From NCBI GenBank assembly GCA_963822445.1, contig CAWGHO010000003.1, forward strand, positions 608,001-672,000: a DNA stretch of 64,000 nucleotides, in the 5' to 3' direction. The DNA is from an uncultured Acidobacteriota bacterium. Its GTDB lineage: Bacteria > Acidobacteriota > Thermoanaerobaculia > Gp7-AA8. Under the pieces are notes generated by a model. That model was not told the origin of the DNA and ran no database searches. It saw only the letters and a program-made list of their open reading frames with translations. The position numbers were made by a program, and so were the translations under genes. The number at the start of each line of letters is the position of its first letter. Position 1 is the stretch's first letter. Shown here piece by piece: positions 46,201-55,350 of this stretch.

Positions 46201-46307
46201 ACCGGCATCTTCACCGCTTCGTACGTACCCCACGCCAGGAGCAGCGCCGCCGTGACGATCACGATGAGACGGTTGTTGAGAGACCACTGGATGATGTTGT
46301 CGATCAT
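43221..46307 (-). CDS. heavy-metal RND efflux permease (CusA/CzcA family)
   Basis: PVDVFPDL, GALVDDAIIDVENV, RLSPILMT, GSEIQTPMA. Confidence 0.95.
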   Translation of the reverse strand: MIDNIIQWSLNNRLIVIVTAALLLAWGTYEAVKMPVDVFPDLTAPTVTVVAEAHGMAPQEVETQITFPVETALNGASGVRRVRSSTGVGIAVIWVEFEWGTDIYQARQVVSEKLQLAQSTLPPDMPPPVLAPVSSIMGEIMFIALTSNQHTPMELKTVADWTVRRRLLAVPGVSQVIPTGGETKQYQVIVRPDRLAAFTLGVDDVIRALRESNENTSAGFYREGGQEYLIHGVGRITTPDDIGATVIVERGGQPILVRDVATVQIGAALKRGEGSHNAKPAVILGIQKQPAANTLQLTRQLDVVMADIQKSLPAGMKINSHIFRQSDFIEIAVRNVVAALRDGAILVIAIVFIFLMSARATGITVLAIPLSLVTAILAMKLFGITINTMTLGGMAIAVGALVDDAIIDVENVVRRLRESRKQKAESRNVLEVVFEASREVRGSIVFATVIIVLVFLPLFFLTGIEGRLLRPLGFAYIVSLAASLVVALTVTPALCSLLLPRALPEESRVVHWLKSRYAPLLGRVLHRWKLITAVSVSALAIAGVALAFAGRAFLPDFNEGTLTINLVTLPGTSLETSDRLGRMTEEILLGEPEVVATARRTGRAELDEHAQDVNASEMEVSLKMKDRGKDEFLADLRRKLSAVPGTNITIGQPISHRIDHMLSGTRANIAVKIFGDDLATLRKLGEQVKNVVTAVEGAADVSLEQQPDIPFLTVKFDRAAIARYGLQITDVAEAIETAFAGHEVSRILEGRAAFDLVVRYEAAATGDLETIRATRIATPGGAQIPLSALAEVRKDRGPNTISRENVERKAVVMSNVAGRDLSSVVEDIRDQVAATVKLPAGYHIEYGGQFESAAEASRRLVLLGIVVIAGILLLLYIALDSLRDAALVMVNLPLALIGGVAGVYVAGGTLSVASIIGFITLFGIATRNGLMLISHTHHLMTHEGVTDVREAVQRGAMERLSPILMTALSAGLALIPLALAIGKPGSEIQTPMAIVILCGLLTSTALNMFVVPALYLRFGSRAVGGTAR
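45025..45056. repeat. heptamer array inside the RND coding sequence
   Basis: atttctgctttctgccttctgctttctgcttt, translated as ESRKQKAESRN in the cytoplasmic loop after TM4. Confidence 0.85.
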
Positions 46308-46309
46308 TT

Positions 46310-46340
46310 GAAGGCAGAAAGCAGAAGGCAGAAGGCAGAA
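46310..46340. repeat. left heptamer arm (GCAGAAG)n
   Basis: gaaggcagaaagcagaaggcagaaggcagaa. Confidence 0.92.
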
Positions 46341-46358
46341 GTGCCTTTTGCCAGACGG

Positions 46359-46703
46359 CTACTGCCTCCTCCATTTCTTGATGAGTGTTACGAAGATCGC
46401 AATCAGCTCTTCGGTCTCGCGCATCAGCGGCTCGATGCGGTCGGTCGGGAAAACGTCAGCCCCAATGAGCAACTCCAGCCAATAGAGCGTCTCCTCGAGT
46501 TCCATCAGGCCGCTGTTGAGTTTCGCGACGTACTCCGCTTTCGAGCGGGCACGCAGCGCCTCGCGAAAATGCGCGCCGGGTGATGTTCCAGATCGGAGCA
46601 ACTGCTTACCGATGACCGCCGCGACCTGGTCGCGCGGCAGTGCCGAGTACAGCCTGATGATCCGCAGCGAATACTCCCGAGTCCGATCCACAAGCGTGCT
46701 CAT
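46359..46703 (-). CDS. four-helix-bundle protein (23S rRNA IVP / TIGR02436-like)
   Basis: QLLRSGTSPGAHFREA.RARSKAEY..KL....ELEET.YWLELL. Confidence 0.92.
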   Translation of the reverse strand: MSTLVDRTREYSLRIIRLYSALPRDQVAAVIGKQLLRSGTSPGAHFREALRARSKAEYVAKLNSGLMELEETLYWLELLIGADVFPTDRIEPLMRETEELIAIFVTLIKKWRRQ

Positions 46704-46704
46704 A

Positions 46705-46742
46705 TTTCTGCCTTCTGCCTTCTGCTTTCTGCCTTCTGCCTT
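46705..46742. repeat. right heptamer arm (CTTCTGC)n
   Basis: tttctgccttctgccttctgctttctgccttctgcctt, the reverse complement of the left arm. Confidence 0.92.
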
Positions 46743-48325
46743 TAATGCGCGTGTCCATGCGCAGGCACAGCCCCCGATGCCGCCTGCAGACGGATGTTGT
46801 AGGCGCCGCGCGTCACGACGCGATCGCCAGGTTTGAGTCCTTCGACGATCTGCACGCGATCGCCCTGGCGCGTGCCGAGCTTCAGCGGGCGGCGCTCGAA
46901 CAGCTCGCCTTCCAGCTCGACGTAGGCGACCGGTTGGCCGTCCTCATCGACGACCGCGGACAGGGGAATGACGATGCCGCGGACCGTCGTCGCGGTGAAG
47001 ACCTGCGCGCGCACGAACATGCCCGACTTGAGCTGCCGCGACGCATTCAGCACTTCGAAAATGAGCGCGACCGTGCGGGTCTGCGGGTTCACCACGCCGC
47101 CTGTTCCGATGACGCGGCCGCCGCCGCGCGGGCTCACTTCAAACGGAGTGGGGAAGCCTTCCGGCTGGAACCAGACGCTGTCGGAGCTCTGCACCTGACC
47201 GATCTGTCCTTCCGGGATCTGCAGCTCGAGCCAGAGGCGCGAGAGATCGACGACATGGAACAGCTCGCGCCCTTCCTCGATGAACTCGCCCGGAGCAACG
47301 GTCACGGCCACGATCGTTCCGGCGACCGGCGAGCGCACCTCGAACCGTCCGGCCGATTGGCCGCCGGTCGCGCTCTGCGTGCCGCGGTACTGAGCGAGCC
47401 GGCTCTGCGCGGCCCGCAGGTCCGCGCGCGCCGCTTCCTCCTGCCGCCGCGCATCGAGGACGCGACGCTCCGGCACCGCTTCCTGCGCGAAGAGTCCTTC
47501 GAGCCGCTTTCGCTCCGCTTCTGCCTGCCGGACGGCGATCTCCGCGCGCTGCGCGTCGAGGTTGAGCGATGCCGGATCGACGTCGCTGGGAACGCGCGGC
47601 GCGATCACGCCGAGGACCTGATTGCGTGCGACGTTCATCCCGACCTGTGGATACGTGCCGCGGGCGAGGAACCGGCCGCCCGCGGGCGCTCCCACGCGCG
47701 CCTCGCCATCCGGCCGCGGACGAAGCACGCCATTCGCCGCGACGGAGCCGCGCACTTCGCCTTCCACGACGGGCGCGGTGGCGAACTCCGTCTTCCACTG
47801 TTGTTCTTTGAGGTAGACGATCCCGCCGGATTCCTCTTCCGATTTCGGCGCCGCTGCGATCGCCGCCTGCTCGGACTCGAAGACGGTCACCAGGCCGAGG
47901 TCGTGGCGCGAGACCGCGCCGTCGAAAGCGATCTCGAAGACGAGCCGCCGCTGCCCCGCATGCTGCGGTTTCGCGATCGGCCGGAAGATGCCGGGAACGC
48001 TCGGCGCGTTCGCGCTGAATCGTTCCTCGGCCGCGCCGCCTTCGCTGAGGATCGCCGTCACCGTTCCCGTTGCGAGCGGCTTGAAGTCGGACAGGCGCGT
48101 GACGTGCGCGGCGAACGGCGACTCCGCACCCTTCGCCAAGGCGTCAAACTCCACGAACAGCTCCGTTTTGTCCGTGAAGTGCGTGTAGGTGAGGGCCTCG
48201 CGTTCGGGGGCTTCGGCGCGTTCTTCGTGGCGGCACGCCGCGGAAAGCAGAAGGCAACACGAAAGCAGAAGGCAGAAGGCAGAAAGCAGAAGTGCTCCGC
48301 CGGCTGCACGCTTAGTTCGTTTCAT
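46742..48325 (-). CDS. RND periplasmic adaptor (CusB/CzcB family), lipoprotein
   Basis: Lipobox LSAAC, RSPVAGTI, KSGMFV, GDRVVTRG. His tail HGHAH. Confidence 0.92.
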   Translation of the reverse strand: MKRTKRAAGGALLLSAFCLLLSCCLLLSAACRHEERAEAPEREALTYTHFTDKTELFVEFDALAKGAESPFAAHVTRLSDFKPLATGTVTAILSEGGAAEERFSANAPSVPGIFRPIAKPQHAGQRRLVFEIAFDGAVSRHDLGLVTVFESEQAAIAAAPKSEEESGGIVYLKEQQWKTEFATAPVVEGEVRGSVAANGVLRPRPDGEARVGAPAGGRFLARGTYPQVGMNVARNQVLGVIAPRVPSDVDPASLNLDAQRAEIAVRQAEAERKRLEGLFAQEAVPERRVLDARRQEEAARADLRAAQSRLAQYRGTQSATGGQSAGRFEVRSPVAGTIVAVTVAPGEFIEEGRELFHVVDLSRLWLELQIPEGQIGQVQSSDSVWFQPEGFPTPFEVSPRGGGRVIGTGGVVNPQTRTVALIFEVLNASRQLKSGMFVRAQVFTATTVRGIVIPLSAVVDEDGQPVAYVELEGELFERRPLKLGTRQGDRVQIVEGLKPGDRVVTRGAYNIRLQAASGAVPAHGHAH

Positions 48326-48371
48326 GATCCGGTCCCCCATTTCTGCTTTCTGCCTTCTGCATTCTGATTTC
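48242..48371. repeat. empty inverted heptamer cassette spanning the TolC/adaptor junction
   Basis: (GCAGAAR)n at 48242-48290, ~48 bp spacer, then (TTCTGCY)n at 48340-48371. Confidence 0.88.
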
Positions 48372-49565
48372 CGGCGCGGCCAACGCACGGAATAGCTCGA
48401 TTTCGGCAGCGCGCGCGCGGCCTTCGAGATCGGCGGCTTCAAGCTCCGCATCCAGCGCCGTCCGGTGGGCGTCGAGCAGTTCGAGGATGCCGACCTCGCC
48501 CGCGCGATAGGCCGCTTCGGCAGTGCCAGTCAGACGTTCAGAGGTGGGCAGGGCCTGCTCGCGGAAGAGGCGCGCGGCATGGCGCAACTCGCGCGCTTCC
48601 GCCGCGAGGGCGCCGGCTTCGGCGCGTGCACGCGTGACGAGGAGCGTGCGTTGCGCGGTCAGGATCGCCAGCTCCGCGTTCGCGCGCAGCAGCTCGTCCT
48701 GATTGCGATTGAAGATCGGCAGACTGAGGCTCGCGCCGAGAATCGCGCCGCTTGCCGCATCGGTGTTCTTCATGCCGGCCGTCAGATCGAAGAGCGGCAC
48801 GCGCCAGCGCTGGGCGGCCTGCTGGTCGAGCGTCGCCGCTTCGATCCGTTTGGCGATGGCCGCGACGTCGGGGCGCTGTTCGATGCGCGCGGTCAGCTCC
48901 GCGTCCGTCGGAATCTCCGGTGCGTCCGGTCGCTGCAACGTCACACCTTCCAGCCGTTCGATGCCGAGAAGTCCGGCGAGTCTTCGTTGGGCCGCGACGA
49001 GCGCGCCGCGCTCCGCCGCAAGGCGCGCTTCCGCACCGATGCGCTCGCGTTCGAGACGGCGGCGGTCGTATCCCGAGACCTCGCCGCCGGCTTGCAGACG
49101 CGCCACAGTTTCCGCCGCTGCGCCGATCTTGGTCGACCATTCCGTCAGCGCGCGCACCAGTTCCTGTTGATTCGCCGCGCGGCTGAATTCCGATCGGACG
49201 ACGTGTGCCAGGTCGAGTTGTTGCCCGGCGACCTCCTGCTGCACTGCCTCGACGCGCAGCTCGGCTGCGCGTCGCCGCAACGCCCGGCGGCCGGAGACGT
49301 CGAACGACTGCGAGAGCGTCAGAAACTGTTCGGTCTCGCCGGCGCTTTCGCGCGTGTAGTCGAGCGTCGGATTCGGCCAGCGGCGTTCGCGCCCCACGTC
49401 ACTGCGCGCGAGATCGAGCTGCGCCGTGCTGAGTGCAACGACGCTCTGCGCGCCGCTGGCAATGCGCACGGCATCGTCTTCGGTGAGTACGTTCGGGATC
49501 GTCTGCGCGCGTGCTGCCGTCGCGGAAACCAGCAGGCCGATGATGAGGAATCGTTGAAAACGCAA
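48312..49565 (-). CDS. TolC/CzcC family outer membrane efflux protein
   Basis: Signal peptide, PNPTL, LPIFNRNQ, AYRAGEVGILELLDA. Confidence 0.92.
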   Translation of the reverse strand: MRFQRFLIIGLLVSATAARAQTIPNVLTEDDAVRIASGAQSVVALSTAQLDLARSDVGRERRWPNPTLDYTRESAGETEQFLTLSQSFDVSGRRALRRRAAELRVEAVQQEVAGQQLDLAHVVRSEFSRAANQQELVRALTEWSTKIGAAAETVARLQAGGEVSGYDRRRLERERIGAEARLAAERGALVAAQRRLAGLLGIERLEGVTLQRPDAPEIPTDAELTARIEQRPDVAAIAKRIEAATLDQQAAQRWRVPLFDLTAGMKNTDAASGAILGASLSLPIFNRNQDELLRANAELAILTAQRTLLVTRARAEAGALAAEARELRHAARLFREQALPTSERLTGTAEAAYRAGEVGILELLDAHRTALDAELEAADLEGRARAAEIELFRALAAPEIRMQKAESRNGGPDHETN

Positions 49566-49619
49566 AGTCCACTCCTGTCGCGGAAACGCGGATCGTGAGA
49601 ACGCGTTGCGAGGAGCGGC

Positions 49620-49970
49620 TTAGATCAAGAAGGTCGCGAGAAGAGGTTGCAGGCCGACGTCGTCATCGATGCGAAGCGCGCCGTGCGCGAGGACGTTGCG
49701 CTCGCCGGCCACGATCGCCGGCGAGATGGTTGCCTGCGGTGCCGTCGCCGCGACGACCGGAAGAGCCGCGCGCACGACTCGCAGTGCAGCAGGCGAGGAG
49801 GCACCGACGATCGGGTGCTCGTGATCGGCGTGCTCGCTCTCGACCATCGCAATGTCGGCGTGATTGTCGTGATGACCGTGCAGGTCGTGCAGAACGACGT
49901 GCATCGCCACCGGCGCGCCCAGGAGGGCCAGGACGATGACGGCGAAGAAGCGTGTGGTCGAGCGAGGCAT
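49620..49970 (-). CDS. small His-rich exported protein upstream of the czc-type operon
   Basis: Signal/TM followed by HDLHGHHDNH...EHADHEH. Confidence 0.6.
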   Translation of the reverse strand: MPRSTTRFFAVIVLALLGAPVAMHVVLHDLHGHHDNHADIAMVESEHADHEHPIVGASSPAALRVVRAALPVVAATAPQATISPAIVAGERNVLAHGALRIDDDVGLQPLLATFLI

Positions 49971-50005
49971 CGAAAGCGGTCGGCCGTGGGAGTATATCCG
50001 GCGCC

Positions 50006-51700
50006 ATGCGAACGCTCGCCATCCTCCTCTTCACCGCCCTCAGCGCGGCCGCTGCCAAGCCGCTCACCGACTTCACGGCCAGCAGTGGCGCGCCGCGAAC
50101 CGCCGAGCAGATGGCCATGGTCTTCGAGCTGGCCGACCTCCAGCTTCGCGTCGACCCGCGGCGGCGAGCGATCGAGGGAGATGCGGCGCTCACGTTTCGC
50201 GCGACATCGTCGTTGAATCGTCTGGCCGTCGAGCTCGATCGGAACCTGAACATCCGCTCGATCGAGGTCGACGGCGTTGCCCTCGCTTCGGGAACCTGGA
50301 GCAACCCCGACGGCCGGTTGTTCATCCCGCTCCCGAAACCGCTTGCCGCCGGTGAGACGACGACAGTCCGCATCCGCTACCGAGGAAAACCTCACGTCGC
50401 GAAACGCGCTCCTTGGGATGGCGGGTTCGTCTGGGCGAAGACTCCCGACAAACAGCCGTGGATCGCAACCGCGGTTCAGGGCGAAGGATGCGATCTCTTC
50501 TGGCCCTGCATCGATCATCCTCTCGCGGAGCCGAAACAGGTCGATCTGCACATCACCGTGCCGGCGCCGCTCGTCGCGGCATCGAACGGCGTCCCGATGG
50601 GAATGGAGGAGAAGGGCGGCTGGCGCACGTACCACTGGCGCGCGCGCAGCCCGAATACGTACGCGATCGCGCTCAACATCGCGCCGTACGGCCTGATCTC
50701 GGCTGAATACAAGAGCCGTTTCGGCAACACGATCCCGCTCCGCTTCTATCACCTGAAAGGAAACGAGGCAAAAGCGCGGGAGCTGTTCGCCGAGCTCACG
50801 CCGATGCTCGATTTTTTCGAGAGCATGGTCGGGCCTTACCCGTTCGCCGACGAAAAGCTCGGCATCGCCGAGACCCCCCATCTCGGCATGGAGCACCAGA
50901 CCATCAACGCCTACGGCAACAAGTTCGCGAAGGCGGCCGAGGGATACGACTGGCTGCTGCATCACGAGCTGTCGCATGAATGGTTCGGCAACCAGATGAG
51001 CAACGCCGACTGGGACGACATGTGGCTGCACGAGGGATTCGGCAGCTACATGCAGCCGCTCTACGGGCAGTACCTGTACGGCGATGGTCAGTACCTGGCG
51101 ACGCTGTATCGCAGCCGTCCCGGCATCCGCAATTCCGCGCCGCTGGTCTCAGGAAAAACGCGAACTGAAGGCGATGTCTATCGCTCGGATCGCGGTGGCC
51201 CCGGCGGAGACATCTACACCAAAGGTGCGCACCTCCTGCACTCGCTGCGCAGCCTCATCGGCGACCGCGCCTTTTTCGAATCGGTGCGCCGGCTGGTGTA
51301 TGGCACCTCCGATCCGCGTCCCGGCAATTTCGCGCCGCGCTACAGCTCCAGTCGCGAATTCATGCAGATCGTCAACGAGGTCACCGGCCGCGATTACGGA
51401 TGGTTTTTCGACGTCTATCTGTACACCGCGGCGTTGCCGGAACTGCAAACCACGCGAGACGCCACCGGCTTGACACTTGTCTGGAAGACCGCGAATGACA
51501 AGCCGTTTCCGATGCCCGTGGATGTTCGAGTCGGCGATCGCGTGGAGACGCTGCCGATGACCGACGGCCGCGGACACATCGCCTTGCCTGAAGGCGCGTC
51601 GTTCACGATCGATCCCGGTGCGAAGATCCTCCGGCGCCTTCCGCACATCGAGGCATTCCAGAAATACGAGGCGGAGCAGAGGAGGGCGGCGAGGAGGTAG
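50006..51700 (+). CDS. M1 family metallo-aminopeptidase, secreted
   Basis: GMEHQ, HELSHE-x18-E (WLHEGF), IYTKGA. Confidence 0.95.
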   Translation: MRTLAILLFTALSAAAAKPLTDFTASSGAPRTAEQMAMVFELADLQLRVDPRRRAIEGDAALTFRATSSLNRLAVELDRNLNIRSIEVDGVALASGTWSNPDGRLFIPLPKPLAAGETTTVRIRYRGKPHVAKRAPWDGGFVWAKTPDKQPWIATAVQGEGCDLFWPCIDHPLAEPKQVDLHITVPAPLVAASNGVPMGMEEKGGWRTYHWRARSPNTYAIALNIAPYGLISAEYKSRFGNTIPLRFYHLKGNEAKARELFAELTPMLDFFESMVGPYPFADEKLGIAETPHLGMEHQTINAYGNKFAKAAEGYDWLLHHELSHEWFGNQMSNADWDDMWLHEGFGSYMQPLYGQYLYGDGQYLATLYRSRPGIRNSAPLVSGKTRTEGDVYRSDRGGPGGDIYTKGAHLLHSLRSLIGDRAFFESVRRLVYGTSDPRPGNFAPRYSSSREFMQIVNEVTGRDYGWFFDVYLYTAALPELQTTRDATGLTLVWKTANDKPFPMPVDVRVGDRVETLPMTDGRGHIALPEGASFTIDPGAKILRRLPHIEAFQKYEAEQRRAARR

Positions 51701-51743
51701 GCGTTTCCTGTGGCAGAGTAGTCGTCGAAAGGTCCCCACACAC

Positions 51744-52634
51744 ATGCGACGACTCTTCCTCGTGCTTGCCGTCTGCCTCGGCTCCGCCTCATCCGTGTTC
51801 GCCGGGTTTACCGCCACCGATCTGATCGTGCCCGCGGCGGGCCGTGTCGAAGGCGCCGGCGGTTCGCAGTTCTACACGACGCTGTACATCTCGAATCCCG
51901 GCGAACAGGCGGCGGATGTCGTGATTCAACTGTTGCTGGCGGGGCAGAGCAACGCGGCGCCGGCGCGGTTCAACGACACGATTCCAGCCGGCGCGACGAA
52001 GGTTTACGAAAATCCCGTCGAACGGCTGTTCGCGATGAAAAGCGCGCTCGGAGCGTTGCGCGTCGTCTGATCGAAACCGGTTCTCGTGTCGGCGCGGGTC
52101 TTCAACCAGCAGCAATCATCTGGCGGCGCGCAGGGTCTTGCGGTCACGGGTGTCCCGCCGGCGTTCGGCATCGGCAAGGACGAGTCGGCGCTGCTGCAGG
52201 GCGTACGGCAGAACGCGGATTTCCGCTACAACATCTTCCTCGTCGAAACGACCGGGAAGCCTGTGGCTCTCGAGTTGACGGTCAGCGACGGGAGCGTCGA
52301 GGTCGCCCGCGCTTCGTACATTCTTCAGGCGTACGAGCATCAACTGTTGTCGGTGGGCTCGCTCGCGCCAGGGGCGACGATCGCGGACGGGGTCGTGCGG
52401 TTACGCGCGACGACGGGCGAGGGCAAGGCCGTCGCCCTCGGATCGCTGATCGCCGCCTCGAGCCAGGACAGCACGAGGTTCGAGATGTCCTTCAGCGCCA
52501 CGGTTGCTTACGCTTCGCAGAAAGAAACGAACGGCGTCTGTCAATCGTTCACCCCGGTCACGGCGACGCTTTACGCCGTCGAGGGAAGCGAGCCATTGCG
52601 CGCGTTCACGCCGCCGTTCCGGCTTGCGGAGTAA
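51744..52634 (+). pseudogene. secreted beta-sandwich protein interrupted by an in-frame TGA
   Basis: Signal peptide MRRLFLVLAV. Same frame continues after TGA 52068-52070 (ALRVV*SKPVLVSARVFN...NADFRYNI). Confidence 0.75.
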
Positions 52635-52639
52635 GTCGC

Positions 52640-55213
52640 CTACTCCAACCGCGTCCTCAGCTCCTGCACGTGCACGGCCTTGACGGCGAGGCCTTGCGGT
52701 GCGGCATCGGTATAGCCGCCGGTCGAAAGGGCCAGCGCGGAGCGCGCGGCGTCGAGCGCCGAGCGGAGTTCGGTCAGGTGCAGTGCTTTGATCAGCGTGC
52801 CCGCAGCCGCGGTGTCGGTGAAGGTCGTGGCCGTGAGTGCCGCCAGCAGGCGGACGGCATTGACCGCCGAGCGGAGCTGAGTGATGTGCGCCGATTGCAC
52901 GATCACTCCTGACGCGAGCGGGTGATTCGTGAAGACGACGGTCGTCGCGAGATCGACATTGCTGTTGCCCGACGTTCCCGATCCGTTCACCGCGCGGACA
53001 CGGTAGAGGTGCGCGGTTGCAGCGGCCAGTCCGTCATCGGAGTACGCGTTGCCGATCGAGGTGTCGATCTGCACGTAATCGCCGCCGGCGGACTTGCGGT
53101 CGATCTGGTACGAATCGGCGCCGGCGACGGCGGTCCAGGTGAGATCGATCGTCGACGAGTTCGCGGCCGTGGCCACGAGTCCCGTCGGCGCCGACGGTGC
53201 GCCGCCCGCGGCGGCGATGATCTCGAGGCGATTCGTGGCGCCGGTCAGATCGCGGTTCAGCGTGATCCACAGCTCGCTCGCGGCCGCGCGCAGCGACGGG
53301 TAGTAGTCCGTGTCGGAAACGAGGGTCGCGCCGGCGAGCTTCACCGTCGGATACGAGCCGCTGGTGAAGCCGCGGATGACGATCAGAGGCTTCTTCAGCG
53401 TTCCCGCACCGACGGCGATGTTCGCGTCGACGGCGTTGCTGCTCGCGGAGAAGGTGAGCGCGCCGTAGACGTGGTCGTAACCGGCGGGCGTGTACGTCGC
53501 CGTGTCGGAGCGTCCCGCGCCGGCGGGGCCGCTCGTGGCGACGCTTCCGATCGTCGTGCTGAGCGTGAGCGTCTGCATCGTCTCGATCTGCGTCACCTGC
53601 GCTTCGACCGGCGTCGTGGTGTGCTTGCCGAAGACGATGTGCGTCGAATAGCTCTTGCGCGGCCAGCCCGGCGCGGTCGCGTTCGCGAGCGGACCGCCGT
53701 AGTAGTTGCTGCCGTGCACGAAGTACTCGTTCTGGCCGAGGAAGCCGAAGTTCGTGCCCCAGGCCAGGCGGGTGTTGCGCGTCTGGCCGCCGTAGATCGA
53801 GTACTGAATCGACTGGTAAGGCCAGTTGTAGTCGCACGGCATCATGTGGCCGGCACAGCCCTGGTTCGCAGGTCCGCTCACCGTGCCCCAGTCGGCGGTG
53901 CCGTAGTAGCCGCCGGCATCCTGCTGCGTGATCGGCTGGGTCTGCACGGTGCCCATCGTCGCGTCGACGGCGGTGGTCCAGAGTTTCACGTACGGGATCG
54001 TGTTCGCGACGTTCCAGGTCCAGTCGCTGGCGTACGTCACCGGATTGGTCGTCGAGGCGAATTTGTAGCGGTCGCCCCAGCCCACGCCGGCGATGTGGCT
54101 GTGCGTGCCTTCGCTCGCGGCGCCGTCGAAGAGCAGCTCGCCGTACGGCCCGCGGGCGTCGTCGAGGAGCGTGTTCACGTCGATGTCGTTCATGTCCCAG
54201 GTCACAGCCCAGAGCGGATGGTCGTGGCCGGTGGCGAACATCCAGTCGATGGTGACAGGGAGGTTGATCGGTGCGCCGGGAGCGACGCCGCCGGTCTGGC
54301 AGTAGCGCGGATACGACTGGGTGAAGCGGAAGATGGCGTGATGGCGTCCTTCGAAGACGCGCGTGAAGGTGCCGGTCCAGAAATGGCCGAGGGAGGAGCT
54401 GTCGTAGAGGTTGGGGTCCATGCAGGCGGTGTCGTCATGCGCGTGCGCCACGACGTAGCCGAAGCCCGCGGCGCCCGCTGACGATGCGGCGACTGTGCGC
54501 GTGGCGTTGTCGACCTGATAGCGGAACTCGCGGAGCTCGCCGCCGCGCGTTCCGCCGGGGCCGACCTGACCGGTGTTGTGGGCCAGCACCGCCACCCGCG
54601 GCTGGTTGTTGCTGTCCTGCCAGGTGAAGCGGTCGCTGACCATCGCCCCGACGGTGACGTCGCGCTCGATCTGCATCGTTCCCGCCGGCTGCGACACCGG
54701 AGCCTGCAAGACGATGTCGTCGATGTAGAACGTCGCCTGCACGCCGGCGCTGTCGCTGCCGATGTGGATGCGATCGAACGAGCCGGCGTAGGGAAGCTGG
54801 GCGAGGGGGACGGTCACCTCGCGCCACGCGTTCGCGACGAGCGCACCGCCGCTGATGAACGCGTCGAGCTCCGCGCTCGCCACGTCGACGTTGTTCAGCT
54901 CCAGTCCGAAGTACACCTGCTGGCCGCCGGTGGTGCCGCCGTGAATCCAGAAATGAATCGTCGGATAGCCCGCCGCGGTGTAGTCGATCGTCGGATGCCG
55001 CAGAGAAATGGCGTTGTAGTTGTTGCCGGTGAGGGCGAACGACTTCGTGCCGGTGTATGCCTGGGCCGTGCTGGCCGGATCCGATCCGCCGCCGTACGAC
55101 GCGTCGAGAAATCCGTTCTGCAGCGCGTCGTCGTAAACCGTGACGTCCTGCGCGGCAAGGGGGATGGCGAGAAAACATGGGGCGAGCAGCAGCGCGGGCA
55201 ACAGGTTTTTCAA
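52640..55213 (-). CDS. secreted protein: CBM-like domain, unknown catalytic-like domain, FN3, triple-His CTD
   Basis: Signal peptide. 'VYDDALQNG...IHFWIHGG...FYIDDI' CBM-like domain. C-terminal FN3 + CTD. Confidence 0.85.
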   Translation of the reverse strand: MKNLLPALLLAPCFLAIPLAAQDVTVYDDALQNGFLDASYGGGSDPASTAQAYTGTKSFALTGNNYNAISLRHPTIDYTAAGYPTIHFWIHGGTTGGQQVYFGLELNNVDVASAELDAFISGGALVANAWREVTVPLAQLPYAGSFDRIHIGSDSAGVQATFYIDDIVLQAPVSQPAGTMQIERDVTVGAMVSDRFTWQDSNNQPRVAVLAHNTGQVGPGGTRGGELREFRYQVDNATRTVAASSAGAAGFGYVVAHAHDDTACMDPNLYDSSSLGHFWTGTFTRVFEGRHHAIFRFTQSYPRYCQTGGVAPGAPINLPVTIDWMFATGHDHPLWAVTWDMNDIDVNTLLDDARGPYGELLFDGAASEGTHSHIAGVGWGDRYKFASTTNPVTYASDWTWNVANTIPYVKLWTTAVDATMGTVQTQPITQQDAGGYYGTADWGTVSGPANQGCAGHMMPCDYNWPYQSIQYSIYGGQTRNTRLAWGTNFGFLGQNEYFVHGSNYYGGPLANATAPGWPRKSYSTHIVFGKHTTTPVEAQVTQIETMQTLTLSTTIGSVATSGPAGAGRSDTATYTPAGYDHVYGALTFSASSNAVDANIAVGAGTLKKPLIVIRGFTSGSYPTVKLAGATLVSDTDYYPSLRAAASELWITLNRDLTGATNRLEIIAAAGGAPSAPTGLVATAANSSTIDLTWTAVAGADSYQIDRKSAGGDYVQIDTSIGNAYSDDGLAAATAHLYRVRAVNGSGTSGNSNVDLATTVVFTNHPLASGVIVQSAHITQLRSAVNAVRLLAALTATTFTDTAAAGTLIKALHLTELRSALDAARSALALSTGGYTDAAPQGLAVKAVHVQELRTRLE

Positions 55214-55350
55214 GGTGTCGCGATCTTAACCCCTGCGTTGACACCGAGGCTCTGCGGTTGGTAAAAGCCTACCGGCAATCCAACCTCACAACACGCAGAT
55301 CAATGGACGGCGCAGCCCAACGGCTGCGCCGTTTCGTTTTGGGAGAGAGA

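Noticed and set aside
46359-46703. Diversity-generating retroelement (Avd-like gene)
   Set aside because: No reverse transcriptase and no TR/VR pair with adenine-specific mismatches noticed in the window.
52068-52110. In-frame TGA as selenocysteine or programmed readthrough
   Set aside because: Context (RVV*SKPV) suggests Ser TCA->TGA in a non-redox secreted domain. The downstream hairpin is weak and not a convincing SECIS. Treated as a nonsense mutation or error.
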